Origin: Phoronis australis
Lineage: Eukaryota; Animalia; Phoronida
Direction of reading: 5' to 3'
Assembly: GCA_002633005.1 (NCBI GenBank)
Contig: NMRA01000144.1
Span: 380,924-444,923 of the forward strand
DNA: 64,000 nucleotides
Part shown: positions 61,901 through 64,000 of the stretch, one piece after another
Layout: the number at the start of each line of letters is the position of its first letter
Numbering within the stretch: position 1 is the first letter of the stretch
Notes under the pieces: model-generated
What the model saw: the letters and a program-made list of their open reading frames with translations, nothing else
Told to the model about the DNA's origin: nothing
Databases searched by the model: none
Position numbers and translations under genes: made by a program

Positions 61901-61906
61901 CGCCAT
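46883..61906 (-). CDS. ARL2BP: ADP-ribosylation factor-like protein 2-binding protein (BART), 7 coding exons, about 177 aa (whole-gene span)
   Basis: Joined exons (534 nt): MASSMKGSGDCDEHEEEHEPMDFQEEELATSSSSIADTKFDVTVGHIEDIIMDDMFQDMQQDFLEKYYLEFDLDTEENKFVYTDIHKEYTQLIEKHLETELITRMPGFSMEEFSKQLVSRKDELDGEVFEMLLTFSDFIQFKEMFIDYRKDKEGKTVDLTSGITVTPLGNLSSTKLS*. Matches BART motifs (EDIIMD, KYYLEF..TEENK, F.MLLTF.DF..FKEMF.DYR). Confidence 0.95.
49126..49222 (-). CDS. ARL2BP: ARL2BP coding exon 6
   Basis: tttag| SRKDELDGEVFEMLLTFSDFIQFKEMFIDYRK |gtaagg. Confidence 0.95.
50323..53162. mobile_element. Non-autonomous TIR DNA transposon, Sola2-like, 2840 bp, in ARL2BP intron 5
   Basis: 26-bp TIRs GGGTCATTCTCAG(A/C)TATTCAGCAA(C/T)T with 2 mismatches; 4-bp TSD AGAT on both sides; GGG...CCC termini. 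Confidence 0.82.
53433..53518 (-). CDS. ARL2BP: ARL2BP coding exon 5
   Basis: ttgtag| TQLIEKHLETELITRMPGFSMEEFSKQL |gtaagt. Confidence 0.94.
53933..54042 (-). CDS. ARL2BP: ARL2BP coding exon 4
   Basis: ttgcag| DMFQDMQQDFLEKYYLEFDLDTEENKFVYTDIHKEY |gtgagt. Confidence 0.95.
54498..54559 (-). CDS. ARL2BP: ARL2BP coding exon 3
   Basis: ttccag| SSIADTKFDVTVGHIEDIIM |gtaagt. Confidence 0.94.
54907..55790 (-). mobile_element. Second Helentron-type family, 3' portion, reverse orientation
   Basis: Reverse complement ends GGTGGGCGTAT (IR of the 5' ATGCGCCCAC)...GCTCTTGTTT; internal tandem units homologous to 40620-41050. Confidence 0.65.
56931..57006 (-). CDS. ARL2BP: ARL2BP coding exon 2
   Basis: cctag| SGDCDEHEEEHEPMDFQEEELATS |gtgggt. 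Confidence 0.85.
58994..59134. mobile_element. Small foldback MITE
   Basis: CGTTCAGTA.CGCTAGGACCT.GCTAAAA ... TTTTAGCTAGGTCCTAGCGT(x2)CTACTGAACG. Confidence 0.6.
60367..60518 (+). repeat. 5' LTR with tRNA-like A box (60436-60446) and B box (60479-60489)
   Basis: TGTTGTAG...TACTACA; TAGCTGAATGG ... GGTTCGATTCC. Confidence 0.9.
60763..60919 (+). repeat. 3' LTR with tRNA-like A and B boxes
   Basis: Differs from the 5' LTR by 5 transitions and a 5-bp indel. Confidence 0.9.
61888..61906 (-). CDS. ARL2BP: ARL2BP coding exon 1 (MASSMK-G)
   Basis: aagATGGCG start context, donor AAG|gtaacg, phase 1 matches the next exon, CRE/ETS motifs just upstream; no homology support for so short an exon. Confidence 0.7.
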
Positions 61907-61929
61907 CTTTAGTTTTGCCAACGAATTAT

Positions 61930-61950
61930 GTGACGTCACGAACACTTCCG
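61930..61950. promoter_or_regulatory. ARL2BP proximal promoter motifs (CRE palindrome and ETS site)
   Basis: GTGACGTCAC at 61930-61939 and CACTTCCG at 61943-61950, 24-44 bp upstream of the ATG. Confidence 0.6.
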
Positions 61951-62134
61951 CTTTGTTGCCACTTCTTCTTTTTGCTGCTAATAAAACGTAATTACAGAAA
62001 AAAACGAAGCCTTTGTAATGGAACTCTAGTACAAAATAATTTTGTAGAAAATGACCAATTAATTATTAACTCCGCTGGGTGTTAGATGTATTGCATGTTT
62101 TTAATGGATTTTATTCACCAGCTTTCTTCATCCA

Positions 62135-62206
62135 GCGTCGGTGGTGTAATGGTAAGCATAGTTGCCTTCCAAGCAGTTGATCCGGGTTCGATTCCCGGCC
62201 GACGCA
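62135..62206 (+). tRNA. tRNA-Gly(TCC)
   Basis: 72-nt cloverleaf: acceptor GCGTCGG/CCGACGC+A, A box TGGTGTAATGG, anticodon loop CT-TCC-AA (TCC at 62168-62170), B box GGTTCGATTCC. Confidence 0.97.
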
Positions 62207-62212
62207 CGGATA

Positions 62213-62217
62213 TTTTT
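62213..62217 (+). terminator. Pol III oligo-T terminator of tRNA-Gly
   Basis: TTTTT begins 7 nt after the discriminator base. Confidence 0.75.
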
Positions 62218-62859
62218 ATCTGTGCCATTAAAAATATTAAAAGAGGTACCCTGTTTCATCTGTTAGCGTGGCTTGTCCGTAACATTTGGGACCAAGCAAT
62301 GGTCTGGCAAAGATACTGCTGGGTTGTTTATATATTTAGTTAAAGAGCATTGGAACTCCACCGCGAGCCTGCGATTTGATATCACCGAGGTCATTATATC
62401 GGCCATCGACAAAATGACTCTGCGAAACTAAAACGTTGTAAACACTATACCCTACACTGAATTTCGACAGCATGTAAAAATTTCTTCAAAAACTTATCAC
62501 TTGGCGAGATAACTGCCTTACATCTTGACACCCGTCTGCTTTTCGCTAGTTGTGATCATGAGAGTAAACACAGGCTTTAGTCCAGTAAACTTTAGTGAAC
62601 GAAAGTTTTCTATAATTAGTTTTTGTTTCCTGCGGTCCCGCTTTCTCAATTAACTTATTAAATACACCACTTTTGTCACCAATTGAGAATAATGTGTACT
62701 TCGATTTCCGTGGTGCAATTTTTAACATCTTGTTGTCCAGTTGTTTGGGTTCATTTCCCGGCACCCGAGTACTTGAACTAGCAGGGGGAAGCTGCATGGA
62801 CAATCATATGATTGTAGCTCCATTTTTAAGGCTTTCTGGGTTTCTGGCCGCCTATTTCC

Positions 62860-63620
62860 AGAGTAAAATTTGTCTTTAAGTCACGGGTCACTGGGTGTTC
62901 AGTGCAGCATGATTGTTGGTTTTAAAATCAGTTTAAGCCGATACCTTGAAAATCTATCTCAAAAATGGCATACCGTGGTTGACATCATTTGAGGGTTTCT
63001 TCCAGGCAAGGCAATCCCGCAGAGTGTATTTTGTCTGCCGGTCATAGGGCATTTAGTGACCTTTGACATGTATTGAATTTCATGTGATTGATTTTTTGTG
63101 GTGTTTCTTTGTTCTCCGACTTCGGTCGTTAAATGCGTCACATGTGGTACCTCGAATGTATGTGCTAGCTCATTCTTGGGGGGGGGTCCTTTTTTGGTTC
63201 TGCCGGACCCATTCCAGGGTGCAATTTGTCTGTCATGGGTCATTTGGTGTTCAGTGCGGTACTATATATTGTTCGTTTAAAATCAGTTTTGGCCGGTACC
63301 GTCGAAAATCTAGTCTAGCTCAAATTTTTGATGGCATACCGTGGTTGAGATTTTTGGGGGTTTCTGCCGGGCACAACCCAGAGTGTATTTTGTCTGTCAA
63401 TGGAGTTTTAGTGATTTGAATCACATGGAGTTGTTTTTTGTGGTACCTCGAATGTATGAGCTACTTGTAGCTCATTTTTGGGGGACCTTTTTTGGTTTCT
63501 GCCGGACCCATTCCATAGTGCAATTTGTCTGCCATGGGTCATTCGGTGTTCAGTGCGGTATTATTGTTCGTTTTAAATCAGTTTTGGCCGGTACCTCGAA
63601 TATCTAGTCTAGCTCATTTC
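62860..63620 (+). repeat. Degenerate tandem array, about 300-350 bp period
   Basis: GGGTCA..GGTGTTCAGTGC...AAATCAGTTT..GCCG.TACC recurs near 62885, 63237 and 63536. Confidence 0.8.
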
Positions 63621-64000
63621 CTGGGCCCTTTGTAAGGCCCCCAGGGGTCACACCCAGAGTGCCGACAACGACAGACGTCCATCTCTGTACATACTGAGGT
63701 GGACTCTAAATGCTCCCGTGGTCAGATGTTGGTACCTCGTTCATCTATGCTAAGTGCTCTGGAAGGGCTGCCGGTCTATCAGTGGTTCGGCGCAGATCTC
63801 CGTTTGTGAATAATCTCCCTGGAGTGTACCAAACCAGACAGGCACGTCTACTGACGAAATTTTGTTACATTTTATTGGATATTGCGTAGAGGCCATTAAA
63901 TTGGCATATTTTGGAGCATTCTTGACTTAAATATGGGCCACTTATTGACATGCACAAATGTCGCATTCTGATGTGTCTCATTTCTATCCGTAAAAAATTC

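Overview
Eukaryotic (invertebrate animal-like, AT-rich, intron-rich) genomic DNA. Two spliced genes are reconstructed exon by exon and lie tail-to-tail: NUP93 (+ strand, 21 coding exons, 19260-43302, about 828 aa) and ARL2BP/BART (- strand, 7 coding exons, 61906-46883, about 177 aa). A tRNA-Gly(TCC) gene sits head-to-head with ARL2BP. Two NUP93 exon pairs appear twice, each time across a single N, most likely uncollapsed haplotypes. The rest is a mosaic of non-autonomous transposons: Helentron-type elements, a 2.8 kb Sola2-like element, MITEs with 5-bp TSDs, a tRNA-SINE and a decayed THAP-carrying element. The standout is an intact 553-bp miniature LTR retrotransposon (TRIM; TG..CA LTRs, tRNA-Ser PBS, PPT, 4-bp TSD) whose LTRs each contain a tRNA-derived Pol III A/B-box promoter. 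Also notable is a 52-bp minisatellite that copied a NUP93 exon/intron junction eight times. Most short ORFs in the supplied track are noise. All calls were made by eye; no searches were run.
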